Assembly: GCF_000017305.1 (NCBI RefSeq)
Contig: NC_009664.2
Span: 3,540,001-3,572,000, forward strand
Source: Kineococcus radiotolerans SRS30216 = ATCC BAA-149
Lineage (GTDB): Bacteria; Actinomycetota; Actinomycetes; Actinomycetales; Kineococcaceae
Reading direction: 5' to 3'
DNA: 32,000 nucleotides
Made by a program: the position numbers and the translations under genes. Each line of letters starts with the position of its first letter. Positions within the stretch are counted from its first letter, which is position 1. This document shows, one piece after another, positions 16,227 through 25,463 of the stretch. The notes beneath the pieces were generated by a model that saw only the letters and a list, made by a program, of their open reading frames with translations, searched no databases and was not told the DNA's origin.

Positions 16227-18140
16227 ATGGGTACCCGTTCGAACGCTCCCGACGAGAGGTGCTCCCCGCCCGTGTCCCCGATGGCCACCGACGCACCGGC
16301 ACCCGCCGCGACGGCGCCGGAGCTGCTGCGCAACTTCTGCATCATCGCCCACATCGACCACGGCAAGTCGACGCTGGCCGACCGGATGCTGCAGCTGACC
16401 GGCGTCGTCGACGCCCGGGCCATGCGCGCGCAGTACCTGGACCGGATGGACATCGAGCGCGAGCGCGGCATCACGATCAAGTCGCAGGCCGTCCGGATGC
16501 CCTGGGGCTACGACGGCACCGACTACGCGCTGAACATGATCGACACCCCCGGCCACGTCGACTTCACCTACGAGGTGTCGCGGTCGCTGGCCGCCTGCGA
16601 GGGCGCGGTGCTGCTGGTCGACGCGGCGCAGGGCATCGAGGCCCAGACCCTGGCGAACCTCTACCTCGCCATGGAGAACGACCTCACGATCATCCCGGTC
16701 CTCAACAAGATCGACCTGCCCGCGGCCCAGCCGGAGAAGTTCGCCGAGGAGCTGGCCAAGCTCATCGGCTGCGAACCCGACGACTGCCTGCGGGTCTCGG
16801 GCAAGACCGGGGTCGGCGTGGAGCCGCTGCTGGACCAGATCGTCCGGCAGATCCCCGCGCCCGTCGGCGACGCCGACGCCCCCGCCCGGGCGATGATCTT
16901 CGACTCCGTCTACGACACCTACCGCGGGGTCGTGACCTACGTCCGCGTCATCGACGGCAACCTCAGCCCGCGCGAGAAGATCGTTATGATGTCGACGCGC
17001 GCGACGCACGAGCTGCTGGAGATCGGCGTCAGCTCCCCGGAGCCGGTGCCCTCGAAGGGCCTCGGCGTCGGCGAGGTCGGCTACCTCATCACCGGGGTGA
17101 AGGACGTCCGCCAGTCCAAGGTCGGCGACACCGTCACCAACGCGGCGAAGCCCTCCACGAAGGCCCTCGGCGGGTACCGCGACCCCAAGCCCATGGTGTT
17201 CTCGGGGCTGTACCCCATCGACGGGTCGGACTACCCGCTGCTGCGCGACGCCCTCGACAAGCTCAAGCTGAACGACGCGGCGCTGTCCTACGAGCCCGAG
17301 ACCTCCGTCGCGCTGGGCTTCGGCTTCCGCATCGGCTTCCTCGGCCTGCTGCACCTGGAGATCGTGCGCGAGCGCCTGGAGCGGGAGTTCAACCTCGACC
17401 TCATCTCGACGGCCCCGAGCGTGCCCTACGAGGTGACGCTGGAGGACAAGCGGGTCGTGGAGGTGACGAACCCGTCGGAGTTCCCCGAGGGCAAGATCGC
17501 CGAGGTCCGCGAACCCGTCGTGCGCGCCACCGTGCTCGCGCCGTCGGAGTTCATCGGCGCCGTCATGGAGCTGTGCCAGCAGCGCCGCGGCGAGCTGCAG
17601 GGCATGGACTACCTCTCCGAGGACCGCGTCGAGATGCGCTACCGCCTGCCGCTGGCCGAGATCGTCTTCGACTTCTTCGACCAGCTGAAGTCGCGCACCC
17701 GCGGTTACGCCTCGCTGGACTACGACGTGGACGGCGACCAGGCCGCGGACCTGGTGAAGGTCGACGTGCTGCTGCAGGGCGAGCAGGTCGACGCGTTCAG
17801 CCAGATCGTGCACCGCGAGAAGGCCTACGGCTACGGCGTGATGATGGCCGGCAAGCTGAAGGACCTCATCCCGCGCCAGCAGTTCGAGGTGCCCATCCAG
17901 GCCGCCATCGGGGCCCGGGTCATCGCCCGCGAGAACGTCCGCGCCATCCGCAAGGACGTCCTGGCCAAGTGCTACGGCGGTGACATCACCCGCAAGCGGA
18001 AGCTGCTGGAGAAGCAGAAGGAGGGGAAGAAGCGCATGAAGATGGTCGGGCGGGTCGAGGTGCCCCAGGAGGCCTTCATCGCCGCGCTCTCCTCCGACGC
18101 CGCGGGCGACAAGGCGAAGGACAAGAACGCGAAGAAGTGA
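16227..18140 (+). CDS. lepA: Translation elongation factor 4 (LepA)
   Basis: [29 protein letters not shown] and LNKIDL GTPase motifs, plus the characteristic LepA C-terminal domain. The start is ambiguous: ATG 16227, GTG 16272 or ATG 16281. Confidence 0.93.
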   Translation: MGTRSNAPDERCSPPVSPMATDAPAPAATAPELLRNFCIIAHIDHGKSTLADRMLQLTGVVDARAMRAQYLDRMDIERERGITIKSQAVRMPWGYDGTDYALNMIDTPGHVDFTYEVSRSLAACEGAVLLVDAAQGIEAQTLANLYLAMENDLTIIPVLNKIDLPAAQPEKFAEELAKLIGCEPDDCLRVSGKTGVGVEPLLDQIVRQIPAPVGDADAPARAMIFDSVYDTYRGVVTYVRVIDGNLSPREKIVMMSTRATHELLEIGVSSPEPVPSKGLGVGEVGYLITGVKDVRQSKVGDTVTNAAKPSTKALGGYRDPKPMVFSGLYPIDGSDYPLLRDALDKLKLNDAALSYEPETSVALGFGFRIGFLGLLHLEIVRERLEREFNLDLISTAPSVPYEVTLEDKRVVEVTNPSEFPEGKIAEVREPVVRATVLAPSEFIGAVMELCQQRRGELQGMDYLSEDRVEMRYRLPLAEIVFDFFDQLKSRTRGYASLDYDVDGDQAADLVKVDVLLQGEQVDAFSQIVHREKAYGYGVMMAGKLKDLIPRQQFEVPIQAAIGARVIARENVRAIRKDVLAKCYGGDITRKRKLLEKQKEGKKRMKMVGRVEVPQEAFIAALSSDAAGDKAKDKNAKK

Positions 18141-18208
18141 GCCGGTGCCGGCGGTGGCCCCCCGGGCCGCCGCTGGCCGGTCCCCCCGCCCGACCGTAGG
18201 GTCGGGAA

Positions 18209-19441
18209 GTGCCGACACCCCTCGCGGTCCCGACCGGTCGACCACGGCTGGGGGTCCTGCCGGGGTTCCTGGCCGCGCTGTCCCCGCTGTCGCAGCTGGG
18301 TTTCACCCCGGTGGCCGTCGTCCTCGGGGACCGGCTCGGGCTGAGCGTGGGTCAGGTCGGGCTGACCGTCGGGATCTACGCCGCGGCCGCCGCGGTCGCG
18401 ACCCTCGTCCTCGGGCCGCTGTTCGACCTCGTCTCCCCGCGCCGGGTGCTCCCGGTGGCGGTCGCCGCGAACGTCGTGCTCTCCGCGTCGCTGCTGCTGG
18501 AGCCGGGTTTCGCCGGGATCCTCGTCTCGCGCGTCCTCTCGGGTCTCACCAACAGCGCGCTCATGCTCTGCGCTTCCGTCGTCGTCGCCGACGCCAACCG
18601 CGGTGACGGCACGGCGCGCGAACGGGGTTTCTCCCGGCTGCAGACGTTCACCAGCCTCGGGGCGGTGGCCGGTCTGGGGGTGGGGGCCACCGCGGCCGGT
18701 CTCGGGGCGCCGCAGGTGTGGTCGTGGACCGTGGTCGGGTACGGGCTGGTGGTCCTCGCCCTGACCCCGGCGATCTCCCGGCGGCTGCCCGCCGCGCTCC
18801 CCGGGGTCGCCGGGGCGGGGCCCGGCGCCCGGGTGAGCGCGGTGCTGCGCGAGGTCGGGGCCGCGCTGCGGGTCCCGCGGACCGCCCTGCTGCTGGTGGC
18901 CGCCGCCGGGGTGGGGTGGGCGATCCAGGCCGCCCACTACGCCGTCAGCCTGCTCAGCGAGCAGCTGCACCCGCCGCTGTGGCAACGGGTCCTGCTCGCG
19001 GTGATGATCCCGGCGGGGGTCTTCCTGGGCTCCAGCGCGAACCAGGTCCTGCTCGGGCGCCGCAGCGCGGCCCGCGTGTTCTCCCGCGCCTACCCCGCGC
19101 TGCCGGTCTCCTGCGCCGTGCTCGCCCTGGTCGTGGGGGCCGGCGGCGGGTGGGGCGTCGTGGCCCTGCTGACGACCCTGGTGGTGCTGGGCGCGGTGCT
19201 GGGCACCCTCATGCCGCTGAGCCCCGCGGTGCTCGTCGGGTGGCACCCCGGCCTGCGGGGCAGCGTCACCGCGGCGGACTCGGTGGCCAAGGGGCTGGGG
19301 TCCACCGTCAGCCCCGTCGTGCTGGGGGCCGTCGCGGCGGCGACCTCGCTCGGCGCCGGGTTCCTCGTGCTGGCGGCGGTGGCGGCGCTGGCCGCGGTCT
19401 GCGCCCGGGCGGCGACCCCGGGTCCCCCTCAGCGCGGGTAG
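18209..19441 (+). CDS. MFS transporter
   Basis: 410 aa with about 12 hydrophobic segments, and an MFS-like loop motif (GPLFDLVSPRRV) after TM2. Confidence 0.75.
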   Translation: MPTPLAVPTGRPRLGVLPGFLAALSPLSQLGFTPVAVVLGDRLGLSVGQVGLTVGIYAAAAAVATLVLGPLFDLVSPRRVLPVAVAANVVLSASLLLEPGFAGILVSRVLSGLTNSALMLCASVVVADANRGDGTARERGFSRLQTFTSLGAVAGLGVGATAAGLGAPQVWSWTVVGYGLVVLALTPAISRRLPAALPGVAGAGPGARVSAVLREVGAALRVPRTALLLVAAAGVGWAIQAAHYAVSLLSEQLHPPLWQRVLLAVMIPAGVFLGSSANQVLLGRRSAARVFSRAYPALPVSCAVLALVVGAGGGWGVVALLTTLVVLGAVLGTLMPLSPAVLVGWHPGLRGSVTAADSVAKGLGSTVSPVVLGAVAAATSLGAGFLVLAAVAALAAVCARAATPGPPQRG

Positions 19442-19454
19442 GTCCCTCGTCCGG

Positions 19455-19985
19455 TCACCGCCGCCGCGGGCCCGGCCCGGTGTCGCGCGGCAGGTGCAGG
19501 GCCGGCCCGCTGCGCGGGTCGCGGTAGGCGGCGAGGAGGTCGTCCAGGGAGTGCGTGAGCATCAGCGCGAGGAGCTCCGCCTGCCCCCGGCGGAGCCTGG
19601 TCGCGGTGAACTCGCGGCCGTCCTCGCTCCAGCGCAGGGCGAGCCGGTGCGCGGGCCCGTCGAGGACGAAGGGCGCCGACGGTTCGGGCACGGACGAGTG
19701 CAGCAGGGTCGGCAGGTCGTGCGCCGAGCGCCACAGCCCGCCGTAGAGGTCCAGGAGGAAGCGGTCGAGGGCGCCGGGGTGGTCGGTGCGCAGTTCCACG
19801 ACGGGCCGGCCGCGCGAGATCCGGGTGACGGTGAAGCCGTCCTCCGCGCTGGTGATCCACTCCTGGACCTCCCAGCCCGGGACGAGGATCCCGTCCTCGC
19901 GGAACTCGATCGGGTGCGATGGGGCGTCGGGGCCGCTGTCGCGGGCGAGGTCGAGGATCCTGGGGTCCACGGGGGGGACGGTCAC
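19455..19985 (-). CDS. Hypothetical protein
   Basis: 176-aa ORF with coding-like GC3 bias. It starts 4 nt after the stop of the upstream LLM gene, so it is probably the last gene of that operon. I recognise no motif. Confidence 0.55.
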   Translation of the reverse strand: MTVPPVDPRILDLARDSGPDAPSHPIEFREDGILVPGWEVQEWITSAEDGFTVTRISRGRPVVELRTDHPGALDRFLLDLYGGLWRSAHDLPTLLHSSVPEPSAPFVLDGPAHRLALRWSEDGREFTATRLRRGQAELLALMLTHSLDDLLAAYRDPRSGPALHLPRDTGPGPRRR

Positions 19986-19989
19986 CGGT

Positions 19990-21003
19990 TCACTCCGCCG
20001 GTTCCCACCCCAGCAGCGGCCCGAGCCGGGTGGCGGTGTCGGTGAGGATCTGCACGTAGTCCTCGTGCTCGAAGCCGAACGGCAGCGCGAACGCGACCTC
20101 CTCGACGAGGCGGAAACCCGCGTGCGCCCACAGCTGCGCGGCGATCTCCTCGCTGGAGCCGAGGAGGTCGGGGGCGAACAGCAGCCGCCCCGGTCCCTGG
20201 GGTTCGCGGGTGCGGGGGGTGCGGGCGTCGACGTAGGCGCGGTACTTCTCCCGCTGGGCCGGGGTCGCGGAGTCGGTGGGGATCACCACGAGGCCCTGCG
20301 AGGTGCGCCCGGTGGGGTTCGCGGCGCGGAACGCCTCGAGGTGCCCGGCCTGGATCGCGGCGAAGTCGGTGGACCCGTCCTCGGAGCGCACGACGCTGGA
20401 GGCCAGCAGGTTCAGCCCGTGCTCACCGGTCCACCGCGCCGAGCGCAGGCTCGCCCCGCCGTACCAGAGCCGGTCGGCCAGGCCCGGGGAGTGCGGTTCG
20501 ACGCGGTTCGAGAACACCTCGACGCCCTCGGTCCCGGCGAAGTCGCTGGCGGGTTCCCCGCGCAGGAACCGCTGCAGCCGCAGGACGCGCTCGTAGCCGA
20601 AGTCCTCCAGGTCGGCGGTGTCGGGGTAGAGGGCGGCCTTGACCCGCTCGTACTGCATCGGCGGGCTGACGCTGACGCCGGGTTCGAGGCGGCCGTGGGC
20701 CAGGACGTCGACGGTGGCGAGGTCCTCGGCCAGGCGCAGCGGGTTCTCCCAGCCCAGCGGGGTGACCGCGGTGCCGAGGTGGATGCGCCGGGTCCGCTGC
20801 GACAGCGCCGCGAGGACGGCGACGGGGGAGGAGATGCCCGGTTGCAGGTGGCGGTGGCGCAGCCAGGCGCTGTCGAAGCCGAGCCGCTCGCCCAGCTCGA
20901 CGACGGCGAGGGTCGACTCGTGCCCCGGCCCGGGGTCGGCGGGGTCGAACGACCCGATGGTCAGGAAACCCAGGCGCCGCAGCGCCGCACCCCGTTCAGG
21001 CAC
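19990..21003 (-). CDS. LLM class flavin-dependent oxidoreductase (luciferase-like monooxygenase)
   Basis: LGFLTIGSF...GFDSAWLRHRHL...IHLGTAVTPLGWENPLRLAEDLATVDVLAHGRLEPGVS matches the luciferase-like family pattern. Confidence 0.85.
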   Translation of the reverse strand: MPERGAALRRLGFLTIGSFDPADPGPGHESTLAVVELGERLGFDSAWLRHRHLQPGISSPVAVLAALSQRTRRIHLGTAVTPLGWENPLRLAEDLATVDVLAHGRLEPGVSVSPPMQYERVKAALYPDTADLEDFGYERVLRLQRFLRGEPASDFAGTEGVEVFSNRVEPHSPGLADRLWYGGASLRSARWTGEHGLNLLASSVVRSEDGSTDFAAIQAGHLEAFRAANPTGRTSQGLVVIPTDSATPAQREKYRAYVDARTPRTREPQGPGRLLFAPDLLGSSEEIAAQLWAHAGFRLVEEVAFALPFGFEHEDYVQILTDTATRLGPLLGWEPAE

Positions 21004-21670
21004 GTCCGTCCGTCCCTTCGAAACCCGCGCTGGCGGTGACCGTCCCCGGGGCCACCTCGGTGAACCCGCCGTCGCGCACGTCGACCCGTTCGCCCGCCGG
21101 CAGCACCGGGGCGCCGGTGACGACCCGCACGGGGAAGCCCGCGGCCCGCCACGGGGCGACGAGCCCGACGGGGAGCCGCTCGAACGCGAGCTGGGCGGCG
21201 TGCCCGACCTGCGCGGCGGCCTTCCCCGTCGTCATCCCCACCCCGGGGGTGAGGCGGACCGTCAGCCGCCCCTCCGGCCCGGGCACCGGGAGGTCCTCGG
21301 GGTCGGTGAGGTCGAGACCGCCGACCTGCAGGGGCGCGAGCAGGGCGGGGACCTCGTCGCGCGGGTGCGGGGCGAAGACCCGGACGACCGCGTCCCCGCT
21401 GGCCGCCTCCACGTGCGGGAGCGCCGCGGTGCGTTCCCACCGCGTCCCGCGCGCGCGGCGGCAGATCTTGCGGATCCGGCGGTCCCGCCACGCCCGCACC
21501 GCCTCGTGCAGCTCACCGTCGGGGTCGGTGGTGCGCGGGTCGTCGAGCAGCAGGACGACCGCGCGCGCCGCGGCGACCAGGACGTCGGTGTGGGCGGGGG
21601 CCGGGTCGCGCTCGACGCGGGCCACCAGCGACAGCGACCAGGGGTCGGGTTCGTCGGGGAACGCCGTCAC
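20996..21670 (-). CDS. PTH2-family (peptidyl-/aminoacyl-tRNA hydrolase 2-like) protein, apparently a tandem PTH2-like fold
   Basis: The C-terminal half (MTTGKAAAQVGHAA...W...FPVRVV...DGGFTEVAPGTVTA) matches the PTH2 pattern GK.aAQ..HA...W....K.v....DAG.T.i..gt.T. The N-terminal half shows a weaker version of the same pattern. The GTG at 21670 forms a GTGA overlap with the upstream stop. Confidence 0.65.
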   Translation of the reverse strand: MTAFPDEPDPWSLSLVARVERDPAPAHTDVLVAAARAVVLLLDDPRTTDPDGELHEAVRAWRDRRIRKICRRARGTRWERTAALPHVEAASGDAVVRVFAPHPRDEVPALLAPLQVGGLDLTDPEDLPVPGPEGRLTVRLTPGVGMTTGKAAAQVGHAAQLAFERLPVGLVAPWRAAGFPVRVVTGAPVLPAGERVDVRDGGFTEVAPGTVTASAGFEGTDGRA

Positions 21671-22665
21671 CGCAGCCCGAGCCCGTCGAGGAACCGCAGC
21701 TGCCGCTGCACCTGGAACCCGAGCCCGCCGCCGTGGTCGCCGAACTCCCACACGTCGATGTCCTTGCGGGGTGACCCGGCGCGCTCGCCGTAGCGGTTGT
21801 ACGCGGCGAACACCGTCGAGGGCGGGCAGACGGGGTCCATGAGCGCGACGCTGAACAGCGCCGGGGCCGCGGCGCGGCGCGCGAAGTTCGCCCCGTCGAC
21901 GTAGGACAGCGTGCGGAACGTCTGCTCCACGGCCTCGGGGGAGTGCCGGCGCAGGTAGGTGACGACCTCGGGGTAGGGCCCCTCGGAGGCGGTGTCCACC
22001 GCGCGGCGCAGGTGGCAGAGGAACGGGACGTCGACCAGGGCGGCCGCGACCCGGTCCCCGGACAGCCCCGCCGCGGCGAGGGTGAAGGCGCCGCCCTGGC
22101 TGCCGCCGCGGACCACCACCCGGGCCGGGTCGACGTCGACGCCGAGGGCGGGCAGGGCGTGGGCGACCTCGACGGCGCGGGCGCAGTCGACGTAGGCGCG
22201 CCGGTAGAAGTACGTCGAGGGGTCGCCGACGCCCTTGGTCATGAACCCGCCGACCCACTGCCCGCCCGGGGCGGTGGGGTCGGGGTCGGGGGTGTCCTGG
22301 CCCATGCCGCGAGTGTCGACGACGAGGTGGGCGAAACCCGCCGCGGCCCACGTCGTGCGGTCCACGGGGAGGCCGCGGCCCCCGGAGTAGCCGATGAACT
22401 CCACGACGACCGGCAGCGGGCCGGGCAGGTGCGCGGGGCGGATCAGCCAGGCCGCGATCGGGTCGCCGGCCCAGCCCGCGAACCGCACGTCCTCCACCCG
22501 CAGGGCCGGCAGTGCGGGACCGGTGTGCGGGGACAGCGTCACCGCCAGGTCGTGCTCGCGGGCCAGGGCCAGGCTGTCGGCCCAGAAGGCGTCGAAGTCG
22601 GCGGGCTCGGCCACGTCGCCGCGGTAGGCGCGCAGCTCCTCGAGGGGCAGGTCGGTCAGCGGCAC
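21667..22665 (-). CDS. Acetylxylan esterase / cephalosporin-C deacetylase family (CE7, AXE1)
   Basis: The N-terminus LEELRAYRGDVAEPADFDAFW and the nucleophile elbow GGSQGG are present, and the C-terminal histidine region is typical of CE7 esterases. Confidence 0.85.
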   Translation of the reverse strand: MPLTDLPLEELRAYRGDVAEPADFDAFWADSLALAREHDLAVTLSPHTGPALPALRVEDVRFAGWAGDPIAAWLIRPAHLPGPLPVVVEFIGYSGGRGLPVDRTTWAAAGFAHLVVDTRGMGQDTPDPDPTAPGGQWVGGFMTKGVGDPSTYFYRRAYVDCARAVEVAHALPALGVDVDPARVVVRGGSQGGAFTLAAAGLSGDRVAAALVDVPFLCHLRRAVDTASEGPYPEVVTYLRRHSPEAVEQTFRTLSYVDGANFARRAAAPALFSVALMDPVCPPSTVFAAYNRYGERAGSPRKDIDVWEFGDHGGGLGFQVQRQLRFLDGLGLR

Positions 22666-22741
22666 GGGGGAACGCTAGCGCCCGCCCGGTCCCGCGGTCC
22701 GCGCGGCGGTCCCCCGCCCGCGGTCCCGGGGGCGCGGGTCC

Positions 22742-23551
22742 TCAGGCGCGTGCGCGGCGGCGGGCGGTGAGGAGCTGGAACACGCCGTAGGCGGCCAGCC
22801 CCAGCGCCACGAGCAGGAGCAGGACGGTGCCGAAGGGCTGCGCGGCGATCTCGCGGAAGGCCGCGTCCAGCCCGCGGGACTTCCCGGTGTCGCCGGTGGC
22901 CGACACCACGACCAGCGCGCCGAGGACGGCGAACGCCACCCCGCGCGCCACCCACCCGGCCACCCCGAGCCCGGTCAGGGCGGGGGAGAGGGTCCCCTCG
23001 ACCTTGTCCTCGAAGCTGCGCTTGAACCCGCGCACGACGGTCCCGACGCCGATCCCGACGATCACCAGGCCGACCACGACGACGAGGACGGCCCCGCCGG
23101 GGGCCTCCAGGACCCGCTGGGTGAGCGTCTGCTGCTGCTGGCCGTTGGAGGAACCCCCACCGCTGACGAAGCGCAGGCAGGAGACGGCCAGCGCGGCGGC
23201 GACGACGGCCTTGGCCACCGCGCTCACCCGGTGGGAGGTCTTGTCCGCGGTGATCACCGCGACGACCTGCCAGGCCAGCATGGCGAGGAACCCGAGGGCG
23301 AGGACGACGAGCAGCACGACGCCGAAGGGCTTCGCCGCCACCTGCGCCAGGGCCCCGCTGGAGTCCGCGGACCCGCCGCCGGAGCCCAGCGCCACCTGCG
23401 CGGCCAGCCAGGCGATGAGGAGGTACACCACCCCCTCCGCGGCCACCCCGGCGCGCCCGACCCGCTTCACCCCCGCCTCGTGGGCGTGGGCGAAGGCCTC
23501 GCCCCGTCGCGCGCCCCGCTCGACCTGGTCCCGAGGGCTCCCGCTCGTCAT
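22742..23551 (-). CDS. DUF1206 domain-containing membrane protein
   Basis: The unit G.VARGVVY.LIG..A......................PFG..LL..VA.GL.AYG is repeated, which is typical of DUF1206. The ATG is at 23551. Confidence 0.75.
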   Translation of the reverse strand: MTSGSPRDQVERGARRGEAFAHAHEAGVKRVGRAGVAAEGVVYLLIAWLAAQVALGSGGGSADSSGALAQVAAKPFGVVLLVVLALGFLAMLAWQVVAVITADKTSHRVSAVAKAVVAAALAVSCLRFVSGGGSSNGQQQQTLTQRVLEAPGGAVLVVVVGLVIVGIGVGTVVRGFKRSFEDKVEGTLSPALTGLGVAGWVARGVAFAVLGALVVVSATGDTGKSRGLDAAFREIAAQPFGTVLLLLVALGLAAYGVFQLLTARRRARA

Positions 23552-23641
23552 CCCGACAGGGTTGGGCCCGGCGGCGGCCCCCGCAACCGGGGGGCCCGGC
23601 GGCGGGCACGGGCACGGCCGGGGCCGGGGGACACTGGAGGG

Positions 23642-24847
23642 GTGCCGTCCACCCTGCCCGACGGCGAACCCGTCCCCCTCGACGGCTCGCTGCCCCCCAC
23701 CGCCCTGGCCGGAGCCGCGCAGCGCAGCTTCGGGGTCTACCTGCACGTCCCGTTCTGCGCGGTGCGCTGCGGGTACTGCGACTTCAACACCTACACCGCG
23801 ACCGAGCTCGGCGGCGGCGGGTCGCAGGCCGCCTACGCGCAGACCGCGGCCCGGGAGGTGACGCTGGCGGCGGAGGTCCTCGGCGACGCCGCCCGCCCCG
23901 CGCAGACCGTCTTCTTCGGCGGCGGCACCCCGACGCTGCTGCCCGCCGCCGACCTCGCCTCGATGCTGCGCGCGGTGCGCGAGGACCTGGGGATCGCCCC
24001 CGGCGCGGAGGTCACCACGGAGGCCAACCCCGACTCCGTCACCCCCGAGGGCCTCGCGCAGCTCGCCGAGGCGGGCTTCACCCGGGTGTCCTTCGGGATG
24101 CAGTCCGCCGTCCCGCACGTCCTCGCCGTGCTCGAGCGCACCCACGACCCCGCCCGCGTCCCCTCGGCGGTCCGCTGGGCCCGGGAGGCGGGGCTGGAGG
24201 TCAGCCTCGACCTCATCTACGGCACGCCGGGGGAGTCCCACGACGACCTGCGCGCCAGCCTGGACGCGGCGCTGGCCTGCGAGCCGGACCACGTCTCGGC
24301 CTACGCCCTCATCGTCGAGCAGGGCACGAAGCTCGCCGGGCAGATGCGCCGGGGCGAGGTGCCCGAACCCTCCGACGACGACGAGGCCGACAAGTACGAG
24401 ATCGTCGACGACACCCTGACCGCCGCCGGGTTCTCCTGGTACGAGGTGAGCAACTGGGCCCGGGAACCCGGGAACGCCTGCGAGCACAACCTCGCTTACT
24501 GGCGCGGGGGGGACTGGTGGGGGATCGGGCCGGGCGCGCACAGCCACGTCGGCGGGGTGCGGTGGTGGAACGTCAAGCACCCCACCGCCTACGCCGGCCG
24601 CCTCGGGCGCGGCGAGTCGCCCGCGCACGCCCGGGAGGTGCTCGGCGCCGACGACCGCCGCGTGGAGGACGTGCTGCTGCGCTCGCGCCTGGCCGAGGGG
24701 TTCGACCCGGCCTGGTGGGGCGTGCGGCCGCAGACGGCGCAGCTGCTGCTGGACGGCCTCCTGGAACCCGCCCCGCAGGGCCGGGTGGCCCTCACCCGGC
24801 GGGGGCGCCTGCTGGCCGACGCGGTGGTCCGCCGGCTGCTGGACTGA
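23642..24847 (+). CDS. hemW: Radical SAM family heme chaperone HemW (coproporphyrinogen III oxidase-like)
   Basis: YLHVPFCAVRCGYCDF carries the CxxxCxxC radical SAM motif. FFGGGTP and the HemN C-terminal domain are present. The position between lepA and hrcA is conserved in many bacteria. Confidence 0.9.
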   Translation: MPSTLPDGEPVPLDGSLPPTALAGAAQRSFGVYLHVPFCAVRCGYCDFNTYTATELGGGGSQAAYAQTAAREVTLAAEVLGDAARPAQTVFFGGGTPTLLPAADLASMLRAVREDLGIAPGAEVTTEANPDSVTPEGLAQLAEAGFTRVSFGMQSAVPHVLAVLERTHDPARVPSAVRWAREAGLEVSLDLIYGTPGESHDDLRASLDAALACEPDHVSAYALIVEQGTKLAGQMRRGEVPEPSDDDEADKYEIVDDTLTAAGFSWYEVSNWAREPGNACEHNLAYWRGGDWWGIGPGAHSHVGGVRWWNVKHPTAYAGRLGRGESPAHAREVLGADDRRVEDVLLRSRLAEGFDPAWWGVRPQTAQLLLDGLLEPAPQGRVALTRRGRLLADAVVRRLLD

Positions 24848-25421
24848 GCAGGCCCGCCGCGGCCTCGGCCTCCAGCGCGGCCAGGTCCACCAGCAGGCTC
24901 GCCGCGCCGTGCAGGCGGTCGCTGAGGGCGTCCACCCCGGGGGAGAGCACCGTGAGGTCACCGCGCTCGGCGAGGTCGGCGAAGATCCCGTCGTTGCTGA
25001 CGACGAGGACCTCGACGGGATCGGGGACCGCCTGCGCCGCGGCCAGCAGCGCGTAGTCGGCCACGTCGGCGCCGTCGGCGACGACCATCGCCCGGTCGGC
25101 GAACTCCTCCAGCCACGGCCGGGCCCGCTCCACCGCCCCGACCTGCCCGGCCAGGGTCACGCGGTCGGCCTGGCGGGCCAGCTCCACGACGACGGCCAGG
25201 CGGGCGCGCAGCCGCCCGCGGGCGGCGCGCAGGTTGTCCAGGTCCACGAGCAGGACGCGGGTGGCGCCCTGCCCGGCCCACACGGGGTAGTCGCGCACCA
25301 GGACCCGCAGGGCGTCGGTGAGGGGGTCCGGTCCCACCCGCACGACCTCGGGACCCGGCACGTCCTCGAGCCGGAACCACTCGTAGTCGTCCCACTCGCC
25401 CGGTGCGCCGCCCAGTCCCAT
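24792..25421 (-). CDS. Hypothetical protein, NYN/LabA-like (PIN-fold) pattern
   Basis: RVLLVDLDNL ... VLVVSNDGIFADL resembles the D..N / S.D.DF motifs of NYN domains. The 3' end overlaps the hemW 3' end by 56 nt, and the tail sequence may be fortuitous. Confidence 0.5.
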   Translation of the reverse strand: MGLGGAPGEWDDYEWFRLEDVPGPEVVRVGPDPLTDALRVLVRDYPVWAGQGATRVLLVDLDNLRAARGRLRARLAVVVELARQADRVTLAGQVGAVERARPWLEEFADRAMVVADGADVADYALLAAAQAVPDPVEVLVVSNDGIFADLAERGDLTVLSPGVDALSDRLHGAASLLVDLAALEAEAAAGLLSPAAGGPPRRPAGAPAG

Positions 25422-25463
25422 GCGCCCAGGTTCCCACCGCCGGGCCCGCGTACCGTGCCCGGG

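Noticed and set aside
16122-18245. Upstream extension of the DUF4349 ORF (15138-18245, 1035 aa)
   Set aside because: The extension is antisense to lepA. Only the last 327 codons, starting at GTG 16121 with an RBS and signal peptide, look like a real protein.
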